Shown here piece after piece: positions 28,758-38,103 of a DNA stretch of 64,000 bases (position 1 is its first letter; every line of letters begins with the position of its first letter). Location of the stretch: contig JAEWYE010000058.1 in the NCBI GenBank assembly GCA_023458755.1, forward strand, positions 7,505 through 71,504, in the 5' to 3' direction. The position numbers and the translations under genes are program-made. The notes under the pieces are model-generated. The model worked only from the letters and a program-made list of their open reading frames with translations. It was not told where the DNA came from and did no database searches. This stretch comes from Bacillota bacterium (GTDB lineage Bacteria; Bacillota; Clostridia; Oscillospirales; Acutalibacteraceae).

Positions 28758-29879
28758 ATGATTTATTTGGATTATGCCGCCAATACGCCAGTTAATGAAG
28801 AAGTTTTGCAGATCTTTTGCGAGGTTTCACGCGATTATGTAGCCAATCCGAATTCCCATCATCGGCTGGGACAGTCGGCCAAGCAGCGTTTGGATGAATC
28901 CACAAGGCAGATTGCGGAACTGCTGCATGTGAAGGAAAACGAGATTGTTTACACATCGGGGGCAAGCGAATCCAACAATTTAGCAATCAAAGGAGCCGCT
29001 TTTGAATATAAAAAATACGGCAAACACATTATCACGACCTATTTGGAACATTCTTCCGTAAACGGCGCCGCTGCCGCCTTGCGGGATATGGACTATGAAG
29101 TGGATTACGTGGATGTCATGGAAAGCGGCCTTATAGACCTGCAGCATTTGAAGGAATTGCTGCGGGAGGATACCATTCTCGTTTCTGTTTGCTGGGTGGA
29201 CAGTGAGATTGGCATCCGGCAGGATATTGGTAGAATTGCGGATTTACTTTCCGCATATCCGCACTGTTTATTTCATGTGGACGCGACACAGGCAGTTGGG
29301 AAGATTCCGGTTTCGTTTGAAAAGGTGGATTTGATGACCTTTGCTCCGCATAAATTCTACGGCCTAAACGGCTGCGGGGTTTTGCTGAAAAAAGAAAAAG
29401 TCCTGCTCCAGCCTCTTATACACGGCGGAATCAGCACCACGCCCTTCCGAAGCGGTACGCCTGCACTCGGTATGATTGCGTCGACAGCAAAGGCACTCTC
29501 CCTCGCCCAAGCAGAGCAGGAAATTCGCTATGCATATGTGGCAGGGCTGAATGGAAAACTGCGTCAGGCGTTCAGGCATTACCCGAAGGTTCGGGTGAAC
29601 AGCACACAAAATTCTGTTCCGTTTATTCTGAATATCAGTATCCTTGGGGCAAAATCCGAGGCGTTTGAGGCGGAACTGGAGTCGCACGAAATTTATCTTT
29701 CCACCAAATCTGCCTGCTGCGCGCCCAATACACCTTCCCGTCCGGTTTACGCGCTTACCAAAGACAAAAAAGCGGCGCTATCCACCCTACGAATCAGCTT
29801 AAGTCATCTGACTTCCGAAGCGGATATCCGAGAGTTTTTGAACTGCTTTGACAGTTGTTATAAGAAATATGTAAAATAG
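28758..29879 (+). CDS. Cysteine desulfurase (NifS/IscS-like class V aminotransferase)
   Basis: PLP-lysine region (FAPHKFYG) and a C-terminal active-site Cys region (STKSACCA). Confidence 0.85.
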   Translation: MIYLDYAANTPVNEEVLQIFCEVSRDYVANPNSHHRLGQSAKQRLDESTRQIAELLHVKENEIVYTSGASESNNLAIKGAAFEYKKYGKHIITTYLEHSSVNGAAAALRDMDYEVDYVDVMESGLIDLQHLKELLREDTILVSVCWVDSEIGIRQDIGRIADLLSAYPHCLFHVDATQAVGKIPVSFEKVDLMTFAPHKFYGLNGCGVLLKKEKVLLQPLIHGGISTTPFRSGTPALGMIASTAKALSLAQAEQEIRYAYVAGLNGKLRQAFRHYPKVRVNSTQNSVPFILNISILGAKSEAFEAELESHEIYLSTKSACCAPNTPSRPVYALTKDKKAALSTLRISLSHLTSEADIREFLNCFDSCYKKYVK

Positions 29880-29889
29880 AGGATTCACT

Positions 29890-30717
29890 ATGCAAAGATA
29901 CGAAGAAATCGAAAGAAGCATCCTGAAAAAATACCGAAAAGAGATATGGATTAAGTTTATCGCCGGAGTGAAAGATTATCAGCTCATTCGCCCGAACGAT
30001 AAAATTGCTGTATGCATTTCGGGCGGAAAAGATTCTATGCTGATGGCAAAATGCTTACAGCAATTGCAAAAGCACAGCGATTTTCCGTTTGAACTGGAAT
30101 ATTTGGTTATGGACCCGGGCTATAACGCGGTAAACCGTCAGCGGATTGTGGACAACGCGGAGTGCCTGAATCTTCCCATTCAAATTTTTGAAACCAAAAT
30201 TTTTGATATCGTGGCCGAAGCGGGCGGCTCCCCCTGTTACCTGTGCGCCAAAATGCGGAGGGGATGCCTTTATAAAAAGGCGCAGGAACTGGGCTGCAAT
30301 AAAATTGCGCTCGGTCACCATTTTGACGATGTGATTGAAACCATTCTGATGAGCATGCTTTACGGCGCGGAAATCAAGACCATGATGCCGAAACTGCACA
30401 GTACCAATTACGCGGGAATGGAATTGATCCGGCCGCTGTATATGGTGAAGGAAGCGGATATCATCGCGTGGAAACGGTACAACGACCTGCAGTTTATTCA
30501 GTGTGCCTGCCGGTTTACCGAAAACTGCGTTCTGGGTGACAACGGCGGCGGTTCCAAACGGGAGGAAATGAAGGCGCTGGTGAAAAAGTTTCGACAGATT
30601 AACCCGAAGATTGACATGAATATTTTCCGCAGCGTGCACAATGTCAATTTGGAAACCATTATCGGCTATCATATCGGTGAGGAAAAACACAGCTTTTTAG
30701 ACGAATATGACGAGTGA
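29890..30717 (+). CDS. PP-loop ATPase of the TtcA family (tRNA thiolation enzyme)
   Basis: SGGKDS PP-loop plus conserved Cys pairs (CYLC, CAC) for an Fe-S cluster. Sits immediately downstream of the cysteine desulfurase. Confidence 0.75.
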   Translation: MQRYEEIERSILKKYRKEIWIKFIAGVKDYQLIRPNDKIAVCISGGKDSMLMAKCLQQLQKHSDFPFELEYLVMDPGYNAVNRQRIVDNAECLNLPIQIFETKIFDIVAEAGGSPCYLCAKMRRGCLYKKAQELGCNKIALGHHFDDVIETILMSMLYGAEIKTMMPKLHSTNYAGMELIRPLYMVKEADIIAWKRYNDLQFIQCACRFTENCVLGDNGGGSKREEMKALVKKFRQINPKIDMNIFRSVHNVNLETIIGYHIGEEKHSFLDEYDE

Positions 30718-30944
30718 GTCCATAGAAATGAATATTTGCGAATTCAGCAGATTTCGGTATTGTTTTCAATAATTGCTATTAAAAAACAAATTTCGTGACT
30801 TTTCTGGAATATTTGATATAATGGTAATAAATTCAAGTGAATATAATTTACCTGTTTCTCTCAAGTTAAAAGAATGAATACGTTCCCCAAGCAATATACA
30901 TGTAGAATGCATATTGCTTGAAATAAAAAAGAGGAGATGTTCTT

Positions 30945-33056
30945 GTGGAACCATACGTTATGATTGCTCTTGCCGTTATCGGCGGAATCATCCTGCTTTA
31001 CCTGCTCATTTTCAAAGTGTTCGGTCTAAGAGTGATTGATTCAGACGAGGTAGCGGTAGTTGAAAAATGGTGGAGTATGAAGGGCTCCTTAAAGGATTCC
31101 ATTATCGCCCTGCACGGTGAAGCCGGTTATTCACCGGATCTGCTTCGCGGCGGTATCCATTTCAAATCGGCATTTATGTATAAGATACATAAATATCCTC
31201 TTATCACAATTCCGCAGGGACAAATTGCCTATCTGTTTGCACGTGACGGTATGCCGCTGGCTCCTACTCAAACTTTAGGCAGAGTAGTACCGGAGGCCAA
31301 TAATTTTCAGAATGTGAATGGTTTCCTGCAGAATGGCGGACAAAGAGGTCCGCAGAGGGGTATCCTCAGAGAAGGTACGTATGCGATTAATCTGGCGCAG
31401 TTTATCGTCATTACGCCGAATGACATCAAGGCGATTTTCAACGGTTCCAAGCAGGAACGCGCCGAACTTGTCAGCATGCAGCAAACCCTGCAGGCAAGGG
31501 GAGCGTTCAGCCCGGTTGTCATTATGGGAAACGCCAATGAATCCAGCGACATGATGGGCATAGTGACCGTGCATGACGGTCTCCCGCTCGAACAGGGCGA
31601 AATTATTGCACCAAGCGTCGGAGAGGGACATGCGAGTTTTCAGGATCCGGAGAAATTTTTGGAGCTTGGCGGCAGACGCGGCAAGCAGCTTCAAGTTTTG
31701 ACCGACGGTACCTACTACATCAACCGCCTGTTCGCAACGGTTGAGTTCCGCCCGAAAACGGTTGTTCCCATCGGTTTTGTCGGTGTTGTCGTTTCGTTCT
31801 TTGGAGCAGAAGGTGTCGACACAACCGGAGCGGATTATAAACACGGTGAACTCGTTGGAAACGGCTGCAAGGGTGTGCTGGAAAAACCGTTAATGGCAGG
31901 CAAATATGCGTTTAATACCGATGCAGGAAAAGTCGTTTTAGTGCCAACCACCAACATCATCTTAAAATGGAACAAGTCCGAATCCGGCGATCATAAGTAC
32001 GACGAAAACCTGACCGAGGTTGATATCATTACCAAAGACGCGTTTGAACCGTCTCTTCCGCTGTCTGTTGTTATGCACATCGATTACAAACAGGCACCTT
32101 GGGTGATTCAGCGGTTCGGCGATATCAACATGCTGGTCAATCAGTCTTTAGACCCGCTCGTCAGTGCCTATTTTAAGGATGTGGCACAGACAAAGACCTT
32201 GATTGAACTGATTCAGGAGCGCAGCGCAATCCGTGAGCGTGCCGTTACCGAAATGAAAGAAAAATTCGAAAAATACAATCTTCAGTTGGAGGAAGTGCTC
32301 ATTGGCACACCGAAAACAAGCACAGGCGACGTACAGATTGAAAACATCTTAACCCAGCTTCGTGAGCGTCAAATTGCAGAAGAGAAAAAGGTCACCTACC
32401 AAAAGCAGCAGTCCGCAGCCGAAAGTGAGAAATCGCTGCGCGAAGCACAGGCTACGGCAGAACAGCAAAGCTTCCTCACCAAGTCTAAAATTCAAATCGA
32501 AATTGAAGGCAACAGCGGTGCGGCTTTGGCAAGCAAGGCACAGCAGGAAGCCAACCAGATTATCGCGCTCGCAAAAGCAAATGCGGAAAAAATCAAAATG
32601 GAAGGTGAAGCGCAGGCCTCCATGGAAACCAATGTCGGTTTGGCAAAAGCGCAGGCCATCGACGCACAGGTTAAGGCATATGGCGGTGCGGAATATCGTG
32701 TTATTCAGGAAATTGCGGATAAACTGACCGATGCCATTAAAAATTCCAAAGTGGATATTGTGCCGAAGACAGTTGTCAATATGGGCACATCCGCCGGTGC
32801 GGATAACGGAAATGCAAATAACAGCACGGTTATGGATACACTGTTAAAGTTCATTACGCTGGATCAGCTGGGTGTTTCTCTCAAGCATGGTTCGGAATCA
32901 TCCCCAGCGGTGCCGGTTGTTGAGAAAGTCACTGATTCCCAAAAAGCAGATGCCAAACCGCAGTCTCCTGCGGCGGAAAGTGCTCCTGCGCCGGTTCAGT
33001 CTGTTCCGGTGAAAGAAACGCCAAAAACTACTGAAAAACCTAAGGGCATAAAATAA
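30945..33056 (+). CDS. Flotillin-like SPFH/band-7 family protein with long coiled-coil and PT-rich tail
   Basis: N-terminal TM, SPFH domain, and an Ala/Glu/Gln/Lys-rich flotillin-type coiled coil. Starts at GTG 30945 (RBS AGAGGAG) or ATG 30960. Confidence 0.85.
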   Translation: MEPYVMIALAVIGGIILLYLLIFKVFGLRVIDSDEVAVVEKWWSMKGSLKDSIIALHGEAGYSPDLLRGGIHFKSAFMYKIHKYPLITIPQGQIAYLFARDGMPLAPTQTLGRVVPEANNFQNVNGFLQNGGQRGPQRGILREGTYAINLAQFIVITPNDIKAIFNGSKQERAELVSMQQTLQARGAFSPVVIMGNANESSDMMGIVTVHDGLPLEQGEIIAPSVGEGHASFQDPEKFLELGGRRGKQLQVLTDGTYYINRLFATVEFRPKTVVPIGFVGVVVSFFGAEGVDTTGADYKHGELVGNGCKGVLEKPLMAGKYAFNTDAGKVVLVPTTNIILKWNKSESGDHKYDENLTEVDIITKDAFEPSLPLSVVMHIDYKQAPWVIQRFGDINMLVNQSLDPLVSAYFKDVAQTKTLIELIQERSAIRERAVTEMKEKFEKYNLQLEEVLIGTPKTSTGDVQIENILTQLRERQIAEEKKVTYQKQQSAAESEKSLREAQATAEQQSFLTKSKIQIEIEGNSGAALASKAQQEANQIIALAKANAEKIKMEGEAQASMETNVGLAKAQAIDAQVKAYGGAEYRVIQEIADKLTDAIKNSKVDIVPKTVVNMGTSAGADNGNANNSTVMDTLLKFITLDQLGVSLKHGSESSPAVPVVEKVTDSQKADAKPQSPAAESAPAPVQSVPVKETPKTTEKPKGIK

Positions 33057-33095
33057 GCAAAGAAACAAAAATGCTCCCGCTGCAATTGCAGCGGG
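33057..33095. terminator. Bidirectional rho-independent terminator
   Basis: aaaaatgctcccgctgcaattgcagcgggagcattttt, a perfect palindrome. Confidence 0.7.
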
Positions 33096-33111
33096 AGCAT
33101 TTTTAGTTTCT

Positions 33112-33699
33112 TTAATAGTAGCGAATCACCGAGATCACTTTGCCCAGTACCAAAACATTGGTGGCGTAAATCGGTTCAAAGGCTGGATTTTCAGGCTGCA
33201 AACGCACACAGTCCTTTTCGCGGTACAGTCTTTTCACGGTTGCCTCGTCCTCAATCAGTGCAACGACAATTTCACCATCGTCCGCCGTCGGTGTTTTTTC
33301 CACAATAACATAGTCACCGTCTAAAATACCCGCGTTTATCATACTTTCTCCGCGTACGCGAAGGGCAAACAATTCTCTTCCGCTTTGGTGCTGTGCGGAA
33401 AAAGGAATATAGCCCTGTACTTCTTCTACCGCAAGGATCGGCAGGCCTGCCGTGACTCTTCCGACAATGGGAACCTGCGAAGCCTGTTCGGTGCCTTCTA
33501 TGTGTATCGCACGGTTTAATCCCACATCGCGGCTGATATATCCTTCACGCTCCAGCACCTTTAGGTGCATGTGAACGGTCGAGGTGGATTTTAAGCCTGT
33601 GGCCGCGCAGATTTCACGTACCGATGGTGGGACGCCGCATTGTGCACGGTCTTTTAAAAAATCATATATTTGCTGCTGGCGCTTGGTAAGTCCTTTCAT
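33112..33699 (-). CDS. lexA: LexA repressor (S24 peptidase)
   Basis: N-terminal winged HTH, the Ala-Gly cleavage site, and the Ser/Lys dyad (GESM...VVALIEDEATVKR). Confidence 0.9.
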   Translation of the reverse strand: MKGLTKRQQQIYDFLKDRAQCGVPPSVREICAATGLKSTSTVHMHLKVLEREGYISRDVGLNRAIHIEGTEQASQVPIVGRVTAGLPILAVEEVQGYIPFSAQHQSGRELFALRVRGESMINAGILDGDYVIVEKTPTADDGEIVVALIEDEATVKRLYREKDCVRLQPENPAFEPIYATNVLVLGKVISVIRYY

Positions 33700-33775
33700 C
33701 GCCGTAGCCTCCTGATTGTTTCTTGAATATTTGTTCGGTCCTTTTGATTATTATAACATAAGCGGGGAAGAAATT

Positions 33776-33789
33776 CAAACATTTGTTTG
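33776..33789. promoter_or_regulatory. Candidate SOS/Cheo-type LexA operator CAAACATTTGTTTG at the lexA promoter; a second half-conserved box GAATATTTGTTC lies at 33726..33737
   Basis: Perfect 14-bp palindrome of the GAAC-N4-GTTC class. It sits at the -35 position relative to the minus-strand TTATAAT -10 box (33748..33754). Confidence 0.4.
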
Positions 33790-34194
33790 CTAATTTTTAT
33801 AGCGCAAAAATTAAAAGAATATTCATAGCATATTCACAACTCATTTGGGTAAAACTACTATAATAATGTTGTATTCAAGAAATGGAGCCGCACCATGAAT
33901 GAGTACAATGTTCTACCCTCCTCAATATACCCCTCAAGCTAATGAAAAAGGATCGAATCAGTTGGATTCGATCCTTTTTCTTGTGCCAAAATTCAGCGGT
34001 AGGGCAGTTTCCCTTCAAAATTAATATACTGTACCGGTATATCGAATGTCTGCTGAATAAACCATTTCGTAAGTATGATCAATAGACTCGAACTTAGCTT
34101 GAGATAATTGCAGATAAAAATCTGAATAAAATTTATTTCTATAGCATATTCCCCCGATTTGGTGGTCAAAATAACGGTGGAGGTGCTACAAGAA

Positions 34195-34920
34195 ATGAGT
34201 TTACATTTTCAATCAAGTAATGGAAGAAAAATCACGGGCAAGGGCTTTTATATAGCACTCGGCGTGTGCTTAATTGCAATTGGTGTTGCGGCATGGACCA
34301 CTTATGACAGTGTTGTCAAGTATGCCAATCCCTCGGAAAGCAGTTCAACGGCGGCATCGCAAACCGTTAAGCCGACGGATAAAACGGTGAGCGGTGTAAC
34401 GGGAAAACCGTCGTCCAGCAGTACTGCTTCAAAAGCGTCTTCTTCCAGCACGGCATCAAAACCGGTTTCATCCGTACCGGCTAAAACAGCCGGTATCATT
34501 ACCAACGGAAAGGTCACGTACTATTATCCCGTTGGGCAAGCGGTAAGCAAAAAGTACAGTGGCAGCAATCTGGTAAAGTCGGTAACGATGAATGATTTTC
34601 GCGTGCATTCCGGAACGGATTTCACCGCAAAAATCGGAGACGTAGTTTGCGCGATTGCGGACGGTAAAGTAACCGATATTTATAAGGACGATTTGCTTGG
34701 CAACGTAATGGTAATTTCGCATAATGGCAGTGTGGTTGCCCGCTACTGCGGTCTGGGTGATACGCCTTTGGTGAAAAAAGGAGCAAATGTAAAGTCCGGA
34801 CAAAAGATCGGCTCTGTCAGCACAGTTCCGTTTGAAATGGTGGAACCGCCGCATTTACACCTTGAAATTAAAAAGGACGGCGTTTTGGTAGACCCCGTGA
34901 GCATTTTATCAAAAAAATAA
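34195..34920 (+). CDS. M23 family metallopeptidase (membrane-anchored, with Ser/Thr-rich linker)
   Basis: HxxxD (HSGTDF) and HxH (HLHLE) zinc motifs. Start chosen at MSLHF with a GGTGGAGGTG RBS. Confidence 0.8.
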   Translation: MSLHFQSSNGRKITGKGFYIALGVCLIAIGVAAWTTYDSVVKYANPSESSSTAASQTVKPTDKTVSGVTGKPSSSSTASKASSSSTASKPVSSVPAKTAGIITNGKVTYYYPVGQAVSKKYSGSNLVKSVTMNDFRVHSGTDFTAKIGDVVCAIADGKVTDIYKDDLLGNVMVISHNGSVVARYCGLGDTPLVKKGANVKSGQKIGSVSTVPFEMVEPPHLHLEIKKDGVLVDPVSILSKK

Positions 34921-35195
34921 CCGGATCAGAGACCGCATGCCCCCGAAACATGATTGATCATGCGCTGAGGGGCAAAAACAAGGGGGCGTTTTGCAACACC
35001 CCCTTGTTTTTGTGCGAAATAGTGCGCTTATCTCTCAAAACAGGAAGAAAAATGATTGAAAATTGAATTTAAAAGTCGTTATATTTTACAAAATTTATCA
35101 CAGAAATTCATTGTGTATTAACAATTTATACATGAATTGTGGTACAATAAAATTGTTCAGGGATTTCATAAATATGAATAAAAGGAGGCAAGGTA

Positions 35196-35639
35196 GTGTC
35201 CGTAACAAAAAAGGCGTCCGTTCTTGTTTGTGTTACCGGTCAGCGTGATTGCGACAGACTGATACGAGCAGGCAAAAAGATTTCGGAAGAGCGTGGAATT
35301 CCCATGCAGGTACTTTGTGTACAGCCAACTTCTTCAGGGTACGAAACCAGCTGTGATGAGCTGGAATATTTACGTCAAACCGCGCGTGACGCGTCGGCGG
35401 AAATGTCTGTGTTTTTCAACGACGAAGCAGTTTTAGTGGCGGTTGGCTTTATGAAGCAAATAGGGGCAACCCACATTGTAACCGGTATGGCGGAAGCGCC
35501 GATAAATGGATTTGTAGAGTTAATCCACAAACTTGTACCAAATATTCCGATATCAATGGTATCAAGGGAAGGAACAATATATAATATTTGTCCGGCAAAT
35601 AAAAAAATAAATTCAACCAAGTTTGCACCAGTCCGATAG
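35196..35639 (+). CDS. Universal stress protein (UspA)-like domain protein
   Basis: GTG start with an AAGGAGG RBS. The N-terminal VLVCVTGQRDCDRLIRAG pattern resembles a USP/adenine-nucleotide alpha-hydrolase fold. Confidence 0.45.
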   Translation: MSVTKKASVLVCVTGQRDCDRLIRAGKKISEERGIPMQVLCVQPTSSGYETSCDELEYLRQTARDASAEMSVFFNDEAVLVAVGFMKQIGATHIVTGMAEAPINGFVELIHKLVPNIPISMVSREGTIYNICPANKKINSTKFAPVR

Positions 35640-35645
35640 GCTACA

Positions 35646-35693
35646 TAAAAAAGGCGGCGGAGAGTATTTCAAAACTCTCCGCCGCCTTTTTAT
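35646..35693. terminator. Bidirectional rho-independent terminator (serves spoIIID and the USP-like gene)
   Basis: aaaaaaggcggcggagag...ctctccgccgccttttt. Confidence 0.7.
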
Positions 35694-35694
35694 G

Positions 35695-35964
35695 CTATTC
35701 TTTACTCTTTTTGTATTTAAGCCGAGTTGCCATGCCGCCCCGAATGTGCCGCTGGGCTTTGTTGATTTCCAGCACATTTTTCACTTCTTTATATAACTGA
35801 GGATCAACATACTTTAGCCGTTCAGCAACATCTTTATGTACAGTAGATTTGCTTACTCCAAATTTTTTTGCGGCTTTCCGAACGGTAGCCTTATTTTCAA
35901 TGATGTATTCGCCCAGTTCTACGGCGCGTTCCTCAACAATACCTTTCACTGTTCTGCCTCCCAA
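35695..35964 (-). CDS. spoIIID: Stage III sporulation transcriptional regulator SpoIIID
   Basis: Near-identical architecture to B. subtilis SpoIIID (VRKAAKKFGVSKSTVHKD...IRGGMATRLKYKK). Confidence 0.9.
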   Translation of the reverse strand: MGGRTVKGIVEERAVELGEYIIENKATVRKAAKKFGVSKSTVHKDVAERLKYVDPQLYKEVKNVLEINKAQRHIRGGMATRLKYKKSKE

Positions 35965-36212
35965 CTTGTTCTATCGTTCATGTATATGCAGGGAGAGGGC
36001 AGGAATATGAAAAGATATGTGCATATATCTTATGAGGTGGAATTGCTTACTAAAAAATTTTCTGTACTTCAATTTATCTACACGATTAGCTTTTAGATTA
36101 ATTTAGAAAATGATTGGTAATTATAAGAAAATTGAATTATTAATAAGACAATATTGATTATAATGAAGTATATTTATAAAAAAATATATATTATGTAAAA
36201 GGATGTGCGAAA

Positions 36213-37793
36213 ATGTCGATCTATTTCAGTAAACTACTGAATTTCTTTAAAAAGCATTTCTCTCTCATTTTGATTATATTGTTTAGTATTACCATCATTC
36301 CTATACTGGTGGTTTCAATCTTTAACTGGGCAGCAGGCGATGATTTTCGTTTTAGTATACAAACACATCAAGCAATGACGGCATCAGGATTTCCCGTTTT
36401 CAATGTCATAAAAGCAGCAGCGGGGATTGCTGCAGGCTCCTATTTTCAGTGGCAGGGAACTTATTCTGCCATTTTTCTAATGGCTCTGCAGCCCGCCATA
36501 TTTTCGCCAAGAGCTTATATTGCGGTTACATTTATCTTAATGGGAGCATTGCTATTCAGCACGGTTTATTTGCTAAATACAATTCTTTCCAAATGCTTTC
36601 ATTTGGAAAGAAAATATATTATATATATTGCGGTTCCCATGCTGTTTTTACAGATTCAGTTTGTTCCTGCACTGGTTGAAGCGTTTTATTGGTATAATGG
36701 CGCAATATATTATACTTTTTTTTACTCCATCATGCTCTTATATATCAGTCAACTCATGCAAATTTATTTCAATAAAGACAAGAAATATAAGAAAGCTTTC
36801 ATTCTTTCCATTGTTTTAGCAATCGTACTGGGTGGGGGGAATTTTGTTACTGGGATCCTAACAACGCTGATTGGTTTGTGTTTTGTGGCTTTTTCGTTGA
36901 TCAATCATTCGACACAAACCAAAAGAACGATACTCCTTGGACTTACGGAGGCTATTCTCCTGATTTCGTTTGCTGTTAGCATCGTGGCACCAGGAAATTC
37001 TGTGCGGCAGCAATTATCAACCAAATCGAGTCTGTTAAATACAATTGGCAACAGCATTGGTCAGGCTGTAAAGGATATTAAGAATTGGACCACTCCGACT
37101 GTCATCATTATATGTTTGTTATTGGTCCCCGTAATAGTAAAAATAGTAAAGCAAACCGATTTGCAATTTCGTTGGCCAGGAATATGGATTGGCTTTACTT
37201 TTTTACTATTTGCCGCCCAAAATGCACCGCCATTCTATGCACAATCCTTTGCTGGGCGAGGCAGATTACGCAATATTGTTTTTTATTCTTTCATTTGGTT
37301 TGTCTTTATTAGTCTGTTTTACGGTATTGGCTGGCTTCAAAGGACATATTCGTCAGCGTTTTCCAGACTCTACAACTCTATAACAGAAAAATTTACTTCA
37401 AAAGAGATTCGTTCAACCAAGAATGCAGTATTATCGATTCTTGTCGTTTTACTTGTAGCGGTAAATTTAAGAACAGCGACTCTCAACAAAATCAGCAGTG
37501 TTATCTGTTCTTCCGACCTCATCACCGGAAAATCTGCGGCTTACAGCAAACAGCTCAGTGACCGACAAAGCATTATTGATAATCCAAACATTGATGTAGT
37601 AAGAATTCCTGCCTTAACGGTATACCCGGAGAGCATAGCGGCCGACGAAATAACCTATGATGAAAATAGCTGGAGAAATAAAAGTATGGCGATTTTTTAT
37701 AATAAAAAATCCATCGTAAAATACAATAAACCGGTTGCTAAACAGGCAACGCCTAAGAAAGCAACCCCACAAGAGCCGGTCATGCTGAACTGA
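36213..37793 (+). CDS. Polytopic membrane protein, GT-C-glycosyltransferase-like (paralog A of 60154..61731)
   Basis: About 11 TM helices and a DD motif (WAAGDDFRF) in the first extracytoplasmic loop after TM1. The ~100-aa soluble C-terminal domain has no known catalytic signature. Confidence 0.7.
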   Translation: MSIYFSKLLNFFKKHFSLILIILFSITIIPILVVSIFNWAAGDDFRFSIQTHQAMTASGFPVFNVIKAAAGIAAGSYFQWQGTYSAIFLMALQPAIFSPRAYIAVTFILMGALLFSTVYLLNTILSKCFHLERKYIIYIAVPMLFLQIQFVPALVEAFYWYNGAIYYTFFYSIMLLYISQLMQIYFNKDKKYKKAFILSIVLAIVLGGGNFVTGILTTLIGLCFVAFSLINHSTQTKRTILLGLTEAILLISFAVSIVAPGNSVRQQLSTKSSLLNTIGNSIGQAVKDIKNWTTPTVIIICLLLVPVIVKIVKQTDLQFRWPGIWIGFTFLLFAAQNAPPFYAQSFAGRGRLRNIVFYSFIWFVFISLFYGIGWLQRTYSSAFSRLYNSITEKFTSKEIRSTKNAVLSILVVLLVAVNLRTATLNKISSVICSSDLITGKSAAYSKQLSDRQSIIDNPNIDVVRIPALTVYPESIAADEITYDENSWRNKSMAIFYNKKSIVKYNKPVAKQATPKKATPQEPVMLN

Positions 37794-37914
37794 TTAGGGA
37801 AGTAAATTTAAAAATCCGTACCAAGATTGATCTCTTGGTGTGGATTTAAATTGGAACTTTAGCGTAAATAACCACCGGATTTGCCGGTGCAGATTAAAAA
37901 TCTTTAGATACAAG

Positions 37915-38103
37915 AAAACCTCCTTTTGCTAAAATAGTAGCAGGTTCGCCAACCGCACTAAAAGCAAAAGGAGGTTTTGTCATGAATAACATAAACAGTT
38001 TATCACATTCGAAGTGGAGATGCCAATATCATATAGTCTTTGCACCGAAGTATCGGTGTAAATTGGCACAATGCCTATCCGTGGCTGATGGGGGATCAGT
38101 TTG
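37915..38103 (+). mobile_element. IS200/IS605-family insertion sequence remnant: left-end hairpin that sequesters the RBS, plus a truncated tnpA
   Basis: Hairpin aaaacctccttttgct...agcaaaaggaggtttt (37915..37978). An ORF from 37982 begins MNNINSLSHSKWRCQYHIVFAPKYR, matching the Y1 transposase N-terminus, then degenerates and stops at 38103. Confidence 0.65.

Noticed and set aside
34159-34194. Upstream start (MVVKITVEVLQE...) for the M23 peptidase
   Set aside because: The internal ATG at 34195 has a far better RBS (GGTGGAGGTG with 8-nt spacing). The upstream extension would be translated through that RBS.
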